NCBI GenBank assembly: GCA_019873625.1
Contig: JAIOAW010000004.1
Span: forward strand, 33,324-97,323
Direction: 5' to 3'
From: Chloroflexota bacterium
GTDB taxonomy: Bacteria; Chloroflexota; Anaerolineae; UBA1429
DNA length: 64,000 nucleotides
Positions 55,469 through 64,000 of the stretch are shown here, one piece after another (positions within the stretch are counted from its first letter, which is position 1; the number at the start of each line of letters is the position of its first letter). Both the position numbers and the translations under genes were made by a program. The notes beneath the pieces were generated by a model. The model made no database searches, was not told the DNA's origin, and was given only the letters and a program-made list of their open reading frames with translations.

Positions 55469-55496
55469 GGCGACCCCCCCTTTCCGCAGCCCTGCC

Positions 55497-56003
55497 TCAC
55501 TGAGGCGCGCTCGCCGCGAGCCTTCGCGCCGCCGCGCGGGCCTTGAGCGCCGCCTCGACGTGAGGGGGCACAAATTGGAGCACCGATCCACCCGCCATGG
55601 CGATATCTTTGACGATGGTCGAACTTACAAAGGCGTACTCTAGGCTGGTCATCAGACAGACCATATCGAGTTCCGGGGCGAGTTTGCGCGTCGTAAGGGC
55701 CATTTGATATTCGACCTCGAAGTCGGAAATCACCCTCAGCCCCCGCACTAGGACGCGCGCACCCTGGCGCCGTGCAAAATCCGCCGTCAACCCCGAATAA
55801 GAGAGCACTTCCACGTTCGCCACATTGGCCAGGGCCTCGCGCGCCATCTGCACGCGCTCTTCCGTGGCGAACATCACGCTTTTCTGCGGGCGATCATAGA
55901 CGCCCACGATCAGTTTGTCAAACAGTTCCGCTGCCCTTTGGGCGATATCAATGTGCCCATAGTGGATCGGATCGAACGTGCCGGGGTACACTGCGATGGT
56001 CAA
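55497..56003 (-). CDS. coaD: Phosphopantetheine adenylyltransferase
   Basis: AVYPGTFDPIHYGHIDI, LVRGLRVISDFEVEYQMA, VSSTIVKDIA; TTG start. Confidence 0.96.
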   Translation of the reverse strand: MTIAVYPGTFDPIHYGHIDIAQRAAELFDKLIVGVYDRPQKSVMFATEERVQMAREALANVANVEVLSYSGLTADFARRQGARVLVRGLRVISDFEVEYQMALTTRKLAPELDMVCLMTSLEYAFVSSTIVKDIAMAGGSVLQFVPPHVEAALKARAAARRLAASAPQ

Positions 56004-56018
56004 TATCCCCTCCCACCG

Positions 56019-58505
56019 TTAGGATAGTTCCACCCCTCGCCAAAAGCGCCCCACCGCCTCCGCCAAGGGGGCATGCTCGGGCTTGGCGAGTTGCGGGTCT
56101 TGCTCAAAGAGGGCCACGGCCTGCTCGCGCGCCACTTGCAGCACGGCCGTATCGCTCAATTGGGCCACGCGCAACTGGGGCAGGCCGTGTTGGCGCACCC
56201 CGAAAAAGTCCCCTGGGCCGCGCATCTCCAAATCCTTTTCGGCCAGCACGAACCCGTCCGTCGTCTCTTCCATAATGGCCAGGCGCTCCATACTCTCTTC
56301 CGAGGGGTCGTCCGAAAGGAGGATGCAGTAGGATTTGTGCTCTCCCCTGCCGACGCGCCCACGAAATTGGTGCAACTGGGCCAAGCCGAAGCGCTCCGCG
56401 CCCTCGATGAGGATGACCGTGGCGTTGGGCACGTCAATGCCCACCTCCACCACCGCCGTCGAGACGAGGATGTCATACTCGCCCCGCTTGAAGGCCGCCA
56501 TCACTTCCTCTTTTTCTTCGGCCTTCATCCGCCCGTGCAATAGCCCCAGGCGCAGATGGGGAAAGACCTCCTCTTGCAGGCGCTTGTGCTCGGCCACGGC
56601 CGCTTTGGCATCCACCCGGTCGGATTCCTCCACAAGCGGGCAGATGATAAAAGCCTGCCGCCCCTGGGCCACCTGGCCTTCGATGAACGAGTAAATCCGC
56701 TCGCGGCTGCGGCGGTCTCGCACGGCGGTTACGATGGTTTGCCGTTTGGGGGGCAATTCATCCAGCACGGAGATATCGAGGTCGCCGTACATCGTCAGCG
56801 CCAAGGTGCGCGGGATGGGCGTCGCGCTCATCACCAAGAGGTGCGGCTGGGCCTCTCCCCCTTTGGCCGAAAGGGCGCCGCGTTGCATCACGCCGAAGCG
56901 GTGCTGCTCATCCACCACGGCCAAGCCCAAGCGCTGGAAGGTAACCGTCTTTTGGATGAGGGCGTGCGTGCCCACCACGAGGTGCACCTGGCCCGCGGCG
57001 ATCTCTTGATGAAGGCGTGCCTTTTCCGAGTTCGAGAGGCTGCCCATCAACAACTCGCAACGGATTTCGGGAAAGGGCGCGAGCAACTGCTGGAGGGTGC
57101 GGTAGTGCTGTTCCGCCAAGACGGAAGTCGGCGCCATAAGGGCCGCCTGATAGCCATTCCAGGCGGCCACGAGCATAGCCACCACGGCCACCACCGTCTT
57201 GCCAGACCCCACATCTCCCTGCAAGAGGCGGCTCATCGGCACGGGGCGCTGGAGATCGTCCAAAATGGCCAAGATGGCCCGCCGTTGGGCGCCTGTGAGC
57301 GTAAAAGGGAGCGAGGCGATGAACTGTTCGACCTTTTCTTGCGGAACGTGGAACGCGTACCCCTCCTGAGAGCGCCACATACGCCGCCGGCTGAGGATGC
57401 CCAACTGCAGGAGGAACAATTCGTCAAAACATAGGCGGCGCCGCGCCGCCTCGAGAGAGGCCCAATCATCCGGAAAGTGCACCTGGCGGATGGCCTCTTG
57501 CAGGCCCATCAACTTAGCCCCCTCACGCACGGCAGGGGGCAAATACTCGCGCAGGCGATCGGCCCATTCGCTGAGCGCCGTGCGCACCAGGCGGCGCATC
57601 CAGCGGCTCGTAATCCCCTCTGTAAGGGGATAGACGGGCACCAGCCGCCCCGTATGCAATAAGTCTCGTCGCAAAGGTTCCCACTCGGGGGAGGTAAAAA
57701 CGAGGCGCCCCAGGTATTCATCCACCTTGCCGCTGATGACGATTTCGCGGCCCGCCTTGAGGCTTTTGGCCAAATAGGGCTGGTTGAACCAGACGCACTC
57801 GATGGCCCCTGTGCCATCGCTGACGGTTACGCGGATGATGGGGATGCCGCTGCGCCCCTGCTGCGTTTCGACGCGGCGCACCACGCCCACTACGGTAACC
57901 TCCTCACCCCAATTTAGGCGGTTGATCGTCTTCAAGTGGGCATAGTCATCGTAGCGCCGGGGGAGATGGTAAAGCACGTCTCCCACCGATTTGAGGCCCA
58001 GGCGCGCCAGGCGCCGCTGGTAGGCCGTGCTCACACCGTAGAGGGCTGTTACGGGCACCTCAAAGAGGTCAAGGATGCGCGCCGGTTCCGGCGCGGCCGG
58101 GCGGCTCGGCTCGGCGGGGGCCTTGAGAGATTTCTCCTCCGGCGGCGCGGGGGGCGCCCCCACCGGCGCGGGCACCTGGCTAGAGGGCGGCGCAACCTCC
58201 TGCGGCACGGGAGGGAGGGCATTCTGCTCCGGAGCGCCCTTCTGGGGCTGCGCCAAGGAGGCCAAAAGCGCGGCGATCGCCTCTCGCCGGGAGGCTGGCG
58301 GTTTGGCTTCATAATCTCGCAGGGCTTCCAACACCTCTTCGACGCGCGGGCCAGCCGGGGTAGCGCCCGAGGCCTGCTCCTCAAGGGCCTGCTTTTGCCA
58401 ATAGGCCAGGAATCGCTCCAGGCCGCCGATGACCGCGCGGTTTCGGCAGCCCTGTTCCAGTTCCAACTGCAAAATGCGACCGAGTTTCTCAAACGCAGAA
58501 GACAT
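56019..58505 (-). CDS. recG: ATP-dependent DNA helicase RecG
   Basis: Wedge/OB domain, RLLQGDVGSGKT, VGTHAL, VVDEQHRFGV, MSATPIPRTL, QLHQFRGRVGRG, DLEMRGPG; N-terminal extension with a Pro-rich linker. Confidence 0.96.
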   Translation of the reverse strand: MSSAFEKLGRILQLELEQGCRNRAVIGGLERFLAYWQKQALEEQASGATPAGPRVEEVLEALRDYEAKPPASRREAIAALLASLAQPQKGAPEQNALPPVPQEVAPPSSQVPAPVGAPPAPPEEKSLKAPAEPSRPAAPEPARILDLFEVPVTALYGVSTAYQRRLARLGLKSVGDVLYHLPRRYDDYAHLKTINRLNWGEEVTVVGVVRRVETQQGRSGIPIIRVTVSDGTGAIECVWFNQPYLAKSLKAGREIVISGKVDEYLGRLVFTSPEWEPLRRDLLHTGRLVPVYPLTEGITSRWMRRLVRTALSEWADRLREYLPPAVREGAKLMGLQEAIRQVHFPDDWASLEAARRRLCFDELFLLQLGILSRRRMWRSQEGYAFHVPQEKVEQFIASLPFTLTGAQRRAILAILDDLQRPVPMSRLLQGDVGSGKTVVAVVAMLVAAWNGYQAALMAPTSVLAEQHYRTLQQLLAPFPEIRCELLMGSLSNSEKARLHQEIAAGQVHLVVGTHALIQKTVTFQRLGLAVVDEQHRFGVMQRGALSAKGGEAQPHLLVMSATPIPRTLALTMYGDLDISVLDELPPKRQTIVTAVRDRRSRERIYSFIEGQVAQGRQAFIICPLVEESDRVDAKAAVAEHKRLQEEVFPHLRLGLLHGRMKAEEKEEVMAAFKRGEYDILVSTAVVEVGIDVPNATVILIEGAERFGLAQLHQFRGRVGRGEHKSYCILLSDDPSEESMERLAIMEETTDGFVLAEKDLEMRGPGDFFGVRQHGLPQLRVAQLSDTAVLQVAREQAVALFEQDPQLAKPEHAPLAEAVGRFWRGVELS

Positions 58506-58533
58506 AGGCCTCTTTTCTCTCAAGCGTTACGGC

Positions 58534-59373
58534 CTAATATTCGAGGGCCACCACGCCCAGGGCGGTCGGGCCGATGAGGGAGGAGAGAAGGGGGCCGTAG
58601 ATATGCTCTTCATAGTGCATTTGGGGGAGCACCAAGGCGAGTTGCTCTTTGAGCGGCTCATAATAAGGCGAAAGGCCCGTGTGCAGAATATATAACTCTT
58701 TGACGAGGTTGAACTCGGCGATGAACTCCACGATGCGCTCCACTGGCTCGCCCCGGCGCCGCGAACGCTGAAGGGGGACGATCTGCCCCTCTTCCAAGAG
58801 CATAATGGGCTTGTAGGTTGGGGTGATGCCGATCTGCTCGCGCGAGCCGCGCAACAGGCCGGTGCGAAAGAGATTATCCAACGCGTCGGTGTAAAAGGCC
58901 AGGTAGGTCCGCGAGATGGCCCCGTTCACGGCGCGCACCACATCGCCCAGGGTGCCCCCGGCCTGGGCCACGTCCGCCCCCACCATCACCAAAAGCCCCA
59001 ACGCCTTGGAGAGGAATTGCGAATCCACCACTTGGATGTCGCAGCGCCCCATAAGTTCCAGCCTCCCTTGCCGCGCCGCCTGCAAGGCCTGGCTCAATTC
59101 CGCCGCCCCGTGGATAGAGACGATCTGGTCGGTCTCCTCAGCCAGGCGGCGATACGCCTCGGCGAACTGCCTCGCCGTGGGCGGGAGAAGCGAGGGCGTG
59201 CGCCGCTTTTTGACCATATCTTGATAGAATTCGGGCGTGCGCAGGGCTGGCCCATCTTCAAGCGTTTCCGTGCCGATTTGCACGCGCCAGGGCACAACGG
59301 TGATATCAAACGCCTCGATGATCTCCTGAGAGAGTTCGGCGGCGCTATCTGTGACGATCTTGACTGGACTCAT
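58534..59373 (-). CDS. DegV-family (FakB-like) protein with divergent binding-site residues
   Basis: VKIVTDSAAEL, I.VVDSQFLS...GLLV, KPIMLLEEGQI..L.R; adjacent to the DAK2 gene. Confidence 0.85.
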   Translation of the reverse strand: MSPVKIVTDSAAELSQEIIEAFDITVVPWRVQIGTETLEDGPALRTPEFYQDMVKKRRTPSLLPPTARQFAEAYRRLAEETDQIVSIHGAAELSQALQAARQGRLELMGRCDIQVVDSQFLSKALGLLVMVGADVAQAGGTLGDVVRAVNGAISRTYLAFYTDALDNLFRTGLLRGSREQIGITPTYKPIMLLEEGQIVPLQRSRRRGEPVERIVEFIAEFNLVKELYILHTGLSPYYEPLKEQLALVLPQMHYEEHIYGPLLSSLIGPTALGVVALEY

Positions 59374-59398
59374 CTGGCCCGTTCTCCTTTGCGCTCCG

Positions 59399-61078
59399 CT
59401 ACTCCACGGAGATGATATAGTGATAGTGGGGCTGCCCCCCTCTCAAGACCTCCACCTCCAGGTCTCCATAGCGCGCTCGCACGGCCTCGGCGATATGATG
59501 CGCTTCCTCCTCGGAAACGTCTGCCCCGTAATAGATGGTGATGATCTCATACTCTTCGGCTTGAATCTTTTCCAAGAGAGCCAAGATGACCTCCAAGCAA
59601 CCCTGGCCAACGGTCTTGAGATCATCGTTCAACAGGCCGATGAACTGCCCCTCTTGGATCGCCAGCCCGTTCACCTGCGCCGAACGCACGGCGCGGGTGA
59701 CCTCGATGGTTTGCACTTGGGCCGCGGCCTGGGCCATCGCGGCGACGTTGGTCTCCAAATCTGCCTGATAGTTGAAGGCCAATAGGGCCGCGATGCCCTG
59801 GGGGACAGTCCGCGTGGGCACGATGGCCACGGGGCGATCGGCCAAGGCCTTGGCCTGTTCCGCCGCCAGGAGGATATTCCCATTATTCGGCAGGACGATT
59901 ACCTTCTCGCAGCGCAAGGACTGGATCGCCTCGAGGATATCCTGCGTGCTGGGGTTCATCGTCTGCCCACCGGGGACGATGGCATGAACCCCCAGGCTCT
60001 CCAGCACGGTCTGCAACCCATCGCCCGAGGCGACCGCCACGAGGCCGATTTCGGCGAGGGGCGCGGAGACTTGCGCCGGTTTGGGCGCCGCTTGGCGCTG
60101 TGCGGCGAGGAAGGCCTCATATTGCAACTGCATATTCTCGATGACGACATCCGTCACCTGCCCCTGGGTAAGGCCATATTCCAGCACCTGGCCGGGATGG
60201 TCGGAATGGACGTGTACTTTGATCGTCTCGGCATCGCCCACCACGAGCACCGAATCGCCCATCTCGGCGATGGCCCGGCGAATGGCCTCGACATCCAACC
60301 CTTGGCCCTTGATGATGAACTGGGTATCGTAATTGTATTGGCCCTCTGGAGCATATGCCATTTGAAGGTGAGCCTCGCGTTGTGCCACGGCGCTGGCCGT
60401 CTCGCCGCGCAAAAACCGCCACATCCCCTCCAGGATGTAAACCAGCCCCTGCCCGCCGGCATCCACCACGCCCGCCTCCGCAAGGACGGGCAAAAGGGAA
60501 GGGGTCCGTTCTAAAGAGGCTTTCGCCTCCATCACAGTATATTCCAGCACCTCTTCTAAATCCGCCCCCGAGGCAGCGGCCCGTTCGGCCGCCTCGGCCG
60601 CCTCGCGGATGACGGTCAGGATAGTCCCTTCCACTGGGCGCATCACCCCTTTGTAGGCGGTGGCGGCGCCCTCGCGCAAGGCCTCGGCAAAATCGCGGGC
60701 ATTGACCGTCTTTTTCGCATCGAGGCTCCGCGCAAACCCACGCAAGATTTGCGAGAGGATCACCCCCGAGTTGCCCCGCGCGCCCATCAGGGCGCCGTGG
60801 GCCGCGACTTTGGCCGCCTCCGAGGCGGAATCATACGTCTTCTGGTTCACCTCTTGCAGGGCGGCCCGCATCGTGAGCGACATATTCGTGCCCGTATCGC
60901 CATCGGGCACGGGGAAGACGTTCAGCGCGTTCACCTCCTCGATATGCGCATCGAGCCAGGCCCCTGCCGTGCGGAGGGCCTCCAGCAAGGCGGCGCTATC
61001 GAGCGTAGCCGCCCTCTGCGGCGTAAGCCGCTCTCCCGCTTCGTTCCGTTTCATCCCTTTCGCCGATGCCTCGTCCAA
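59399..61078 (-). CDS. DAK2-domain fatty acid kinase subunit (FakA/YloV)
   Basis: INALNVFPVPDGDTGTNM, GARGNSGVILSQ, PVEGTILTV, VVDAGG, KVHVH, GGQTMNPS, GGQPHYHYIISVE; TTG start with a strong RBS. Confidence 0.93.
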   Translation of the reverse strand: MDEASAKGMKRNEAGERLTPQRAATLDSAALLEALRTAGAWLDAHIEEVNALNVFPVPDGDTGTNMSLTMRAALQEVNQKTYDSASEAAKVAAHGALMGARGNSGVILSQILRGFARSLDAKKTVNARDFAEALREGAATAYKGVMRPVEGTILTVIREAAEAAERAAASGADLEEVLEYTVMEAKASLERTPSLLPVLAEAGVVDAGGQGLVYILEGMWRFLRGETASAVAQREAHLQMAYAPEGQYNYDTQFIIKGQGLDVEAIRRAIAEMGDSVLVVGDAETIKVHVHSDHPGQVLEYGLTQGQVTDVVIENMQLQYEAFLAAQRQAAPKPAQVSAPLAEIGLVAVASGDGLQTVLESLGVHAIVPGGQTMNPSTQDILEAIQSLRCEKVIVLPNNGNILLAAEQAKALADRPVAIVPTRTVPQGIAALLAFNYQADLETNVAAMAQAAAQVQTIEVTRAVRSAQVNGLAIQEGQFIGLLNDDLKTVGQGCLEVILALLEKIQAEEYEIITIYYGADVSEEEAHHIAEAVRARYGDLEVEVLRGGQPHYHYIISVE

Positions 61079-61125
61079 TCGGTCTCCTCCCCTCGCATCC
61101 CCCCGAACTCGCGCGGGGATCTCGC

Positions 61126-61482
61126 CTAATAATCGCTATCGCTCACGCGCACGCCCTGGACGTGCACATTCACCTGGGCCACGGGCATCGCCAGAGATTT
61201 CTCCACGTGGAATTTGACGGTCTCCATAATGTTCTGGGCCACTTCGGAGATGCGCGTGCCGAACTCCACCACCACATAGAGGTCAATGACGATCTCATCG
61301 TTTACCACATTGACCTCGACGCCGCGGTGCGAACTCTCTACCTGCAAGATTTCGGCGATGCCATCTCGCAGTGTAGCCGCGGCCATACCCACTACGCCGT
61401 AGCAAGAAAGCACGGCCTTGCTGGCGATATTCGCGATGGCCCGAGGCGAAACTTTGATCGTTCCCGGTGTCGAATCACTCAT
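61126..61482 (-). CDS. Asp23/Gls24-family protein (YloU-like)
   Basis: GTIKVS..AIANIA..A...CYGVVGMA...IDLYVVVEFGTRISEVAQN...VNVHVQGVRV; conserved rpmB-yloU-yloV context. Confidence 0.92.
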   Translation of the reverse strand: MSDSTPGTIKVSPRAIANIASKAVLSCYGVVGMAAATLRDGIAEILQVESSHRGVEVNVVNDEIVIDLYVVVEFGTRISEVAQNIMETVKFHVEKSLAMPVAQVNVHVQGVRVSDSDY

Positions 61483-61640
61483 ACGAGCGCTCCTTATGTC
61501 ACGGGGCATAGGAAAGCGTCCTCCTTATCAAACCCTGGCCCAGGGCGCGGGTTTTGCAGAGAGGGCCTATCTATGGTATTATAAACAATGTCTTGTGCAA
61601 ATTGAAGGCCGCGCTAGGCGGCCCGAAGGGGGAAGTTCGA

Positions 61641-61826
61641 ATGGCCAAATGCGATCTCTGTGGCAAGGGCCCACAGTTCGGGCACAATGTGAGCCATTCT
61701 AAACGGCGCACCAACCGCCTATGGGCACCGAATATCCAGAATGTTACCGTAGAGATTGACGGCGCGCTGCGGCGGCTGCGCCTCTGCACGCGTTGCCTGC
61801 GCACCGTCACCAAACTCAACCGTTAG
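61641..61826 (+). CDS. rpmB: 50S ribosomal protein L28 (Zn-binding C+ form)
   Basis: [33 protein letters not shown]...LCTRCLR. Confidence 0.96.
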   Translation: MAKCDLCGKGPQFGHNVSHSKRRTNRLWAPNIQNVTVEIDGALRRLRLCTRCLRTVTKLNR

Positions 61827-61866
61827 CCCCTGCGCCGCAAACACCATACGCACCTCTCACAAAAGG

Positions 61867-62562
61867 TCAGCCCTGCTCCTGCGGGGCTGACCCGATGCTT
61901 TTTAGAATCTCCCGATAGTGGCGGATGGCCGCGGTGACCCCGCCGGCATAGCCAAAAATCGCCGAACCCATCACCAAAACGTCCGCCCCCGCGCGGACGG
62001 CCTCCCCAATCGTATCGCCGTTGATGCCGCCATCCACCTCGATGAGGCAGGAGGTCAGGCCACGTGCCTTGAGCATCTCCCTCAAGCGGCGCACCTTGCC
62101 CAAGGTCTGGGGGATGAGGGTTTGGCCGCCGTTGCCGGGGTTCACCGTCATCACGAGGACCAGGGCCACCTGGTCGAGCACCTCCTCCAAGAGGATCAAA
62201 GGGGTGGCCGGGTTGAGCACGACGGCAGGCTTGGCCCCCGCTTCGCGGATCATCTCCAGCGTGCGGTGCAAGTGGGGGCACGTCTCTATATGCACGGTAA
62301 TCAACTCGGCCCCCGCCTCCGCAAAGGCCGCGATGTGCCGCTCGGGGTTTTCCACCATCAAATGCACGTGGAGCGGTAAGCGCGTGACGCGGCGCAAGGC
62401 CGCTACGACGAGCGGCCCCACGGTGATCTGCGGCACAAAGTGGCCGTCCATCACGTCAATATGGATGAGGTCGGCCCCCGCGGCCTCGGCCTCGCGCACC
62501 TGCTCGCCCAGCCGCGCAAAATCCGCCGAGAGGATCGAAGGAGCAATCTGCACAGAGGCCAT
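61867..62562 (-). CDS. rpe: Ribulose-phosphate 3-epimerase
   Basis: IAPSILSADF, IHIDVMDGHFVP, HVHLMV, LVMTVNPG.GGQ, IEVDGG, VMGSAIF. Confidence 0.96.
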   Translation of the reverse strand: MASVQIAPSILSADFARLGEQVREAEAAGADLIHIDVMDGHFVPQITVGPLVVAALRRVTRLPLHVHLMVENPERHIAAFAEAGAELITVHIETCPHLHRTLEMIREAGAKPAVVLNPATPLILLEEVLDQVALVLVMTVNPGNGGQTLIPQTLGKVRRLREMLKARGLTSCLIEVDGGINGDTIGEAVRAGADVLVMGSAIFGYAGGVTAAIRHYREILKSIGSAPQEQG

Positions 62563-62576
62563 CGTTTACCCCTCGC

Positions 62577-63641
62577 TCATTGGGCAAGGACGCGCCCGCG
62601 AAGTTGGCCGCATCCCGCCTCGATTTCTACGCCTCGCCGCAGGCGCACGGTCGTCTGCACCTTGCCTTTGACGAGGATCTCCTGAAACCGCAAGATACGC
62701 GCCCTAGGCGGCGGCTCATAGGGGCAGCCCGGCACGGGGTTCACGGGGATGAGATTGACGTGGCACAGCAGCCCCCGCAAGAGTTCCACAGTCTTGGCTG
62801 CGCACTCGTCCGAGTCGTTGACGCCGTTCACCAGGGCATATTCGAACGTTACCCGCCGCCCGGTGCGTTCCACGTAAAAGCGGCAGGCCTTGAGCAGTTG
62901 TTCCAGCGGGTAATGCCGATTGATGGGCACCAGTTGGTTGCGCAGGGCATCATCGGGCGCGTGGAGAGATACGGCCAGGCCCACCTCGGAACTCTCTTGG
63001 GCCAAGCGCTCGATGCCCGGCACGATGCCCACGGTCGAGATGGTAAACCGCCGAATCCCCAAGGCGAGGCCTTCGCCATCGTTCAAATTGCGGATGGCCT
63101 TCCACACGGCATCGAAATTGAGGAGCGGTTCGCCCATCCCCATCATCACGACGTTCGTCACGTGCGCGCCCCTTTCGGCCAACTTTTGGGCATAGTACAG
63201 CACTTGGGCGCTGATCTCGCCGGCCGTCAGATTGCGTACAAAGCCCTGCTGGCCCGTAGCGCAAAAGGGGCACCCGATGGCACAGCCGATTTGCGAGGAG
63301 ACGCATACCGTGTTGCGGTTCGTGTAGCGCATAAGGACCGTCTCGATGACTTGGCCATCCCGCGTAGCAAAGGCCACCTTTTCCGTCAGGCCATCTTCCG
63401 AGGTGATGGTATCCACCACGCGCAGGCGCCCCACATAGGTCTCTTGCGCCAAACGCTCGCGCAGGGTGTGGGGCAAATTCACCATCTCCTCAGGATCCGC
63501 CTTGAGGCTGTGGTACACCCAACGCCAAATCTGCGTGGCGCGAAACCGTGGCTCGCCCCAATCGGCCACAAGGCGAGTCAGTTCCTCGCGCGAGAGGTCG
63601 AGGAGGTCTATGCGTTCTGCCGGCATCGGCTTATCCGCCAT
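62577..63641 (-). CDS. rlmN: Dual-specificity RNA methyltransferase RlmN
   Basis: [47 protein letters not shown]. Confidence 0.95.
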   Translation of the reverse strand: MADKPMPAERIDLLDLSREELTRLVADWGEPRFRATQIWRWVYHSLKADPEEMVNLPHTLRERLAQETYVGRLRVVDTITSEDGLTEKVAFATRDGQVIETVLMRYTNRNTVCVSSQIGCAIGCPFCATGQQGFVRNLTAGEISAQVLYYAQKLAERGAHVTNVVMMGMGEPLLNFDAVWKAIRNLNDGEGLALGIRRFTISTVGIVPGIERLAQESSEVGLAVSLHAPDDALRNQLVPINRHYPLEQLLKACRFYVERTGRRVTFEYALVNGVNDSDECAAKTVELLRGLLCHVNLIPVNPVPGCPYEPPPRARILRFQEILVKGKVQTTVRLRRGVEIEAGCGQLRGRVLAQ

Positions 63642-63677
63642 GGGTCAGCATCCTTTATGTGCGGCCGGGTAGGGCCT

Positions 63678-64000
63678 TTAGAAGCGGCGCCGCCGGCCGC
63701 TGTTCAGCAAAAAGAGATAGTACAGGATGGTGGAAATGGCCTGCGCAGCCGCCGCCACATAGGTCAGCGCCGCCGCCGAGAGGATGCTCCGCGCGCCCTT
63801 TTCTTCCACGGTGCTCAAGAGGCCCGCTCGTTTGAGCATCGCGATGGCGCGGCGGCTTGCGTCAAACTCCACGGGCAGCGTCACGAGGGCAAAGATCAGC
63901 GTGGCCGAAAAGAGGATTAGCCCTACGAGCGAAAGGTTCGGGATGGGCAGGAACATACCCGCGATAAAGAGGATCGGCCCCAACCACGAACCGATCTGCA
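63678..64000 (-). CDS. Neutral zinc metallopeptidase (YugP-like), 5' part outside the window
   Basis: LVTLPVEFDASRRA...L.AAALTYVAA C-terminal family signature. Confidence 0.85.
   Translation of the reverse strand, partial: QIGSWLGPILFIAGMFLPIPNLSLVGLILFSATLIFALVTLPVEFDASRRAIAMLKRAGLLSTVEEKGARSILSAAALTYVAAAAQAISTILYYLFLLNSGRRRRF

Noticed and set aside
57970-58505. N-terminal extension and Pro-rich linker of RecG as a novelty
   Set aside because: Long N-terminal extensions are known in RecG from several phyla, and nothing catalytic is visible.

Overview
GC-rich bacterial chromosomal segment. The gene content and a GAAC-N4-GTTC LexA-type box suggest Chloroflexota (Anaerolineae-like); this assignment is an inference. 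Housekeeping blocks: cooC-like ATPase, aspS-rnc-smc, scpB, tRNA-Val, hrcA-grpE-dnaK with two CIRCE-bearing promoters, class III RNR nrdD-nrdG, and coaD/recG/degV/DAK2/asp23/rpmB/rpe/rlmN. The most unusual region is a ~20 kb, 16-gene, all-plus-strand catabolic cluster (14241-34101). It holds ten Gfo/Idh/MocA oxidoreductase paralogs, a TIM-barrel sugar isomerase/lyase, an FGGY kinase overlapping an atypical formyltransferase and two Zn-dependent dehydrogenases. At its centre is an orphan glycyl radical enzyme with a non-canonical active-site loop (SGCHW), its own consensus promoter and a perfect 20-bp operator palindrome. No activase, transporter or regulator is encoded in the cluster. The second notable system is an archaeal-style mre11-rad50-nurA-(solo HAS barrel)-herA operon, downstream of a perfect LexA-type box and co-oriented with yedF and an orphan iorA. 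All protein calls come from motif reading by eye; no database searches were run.
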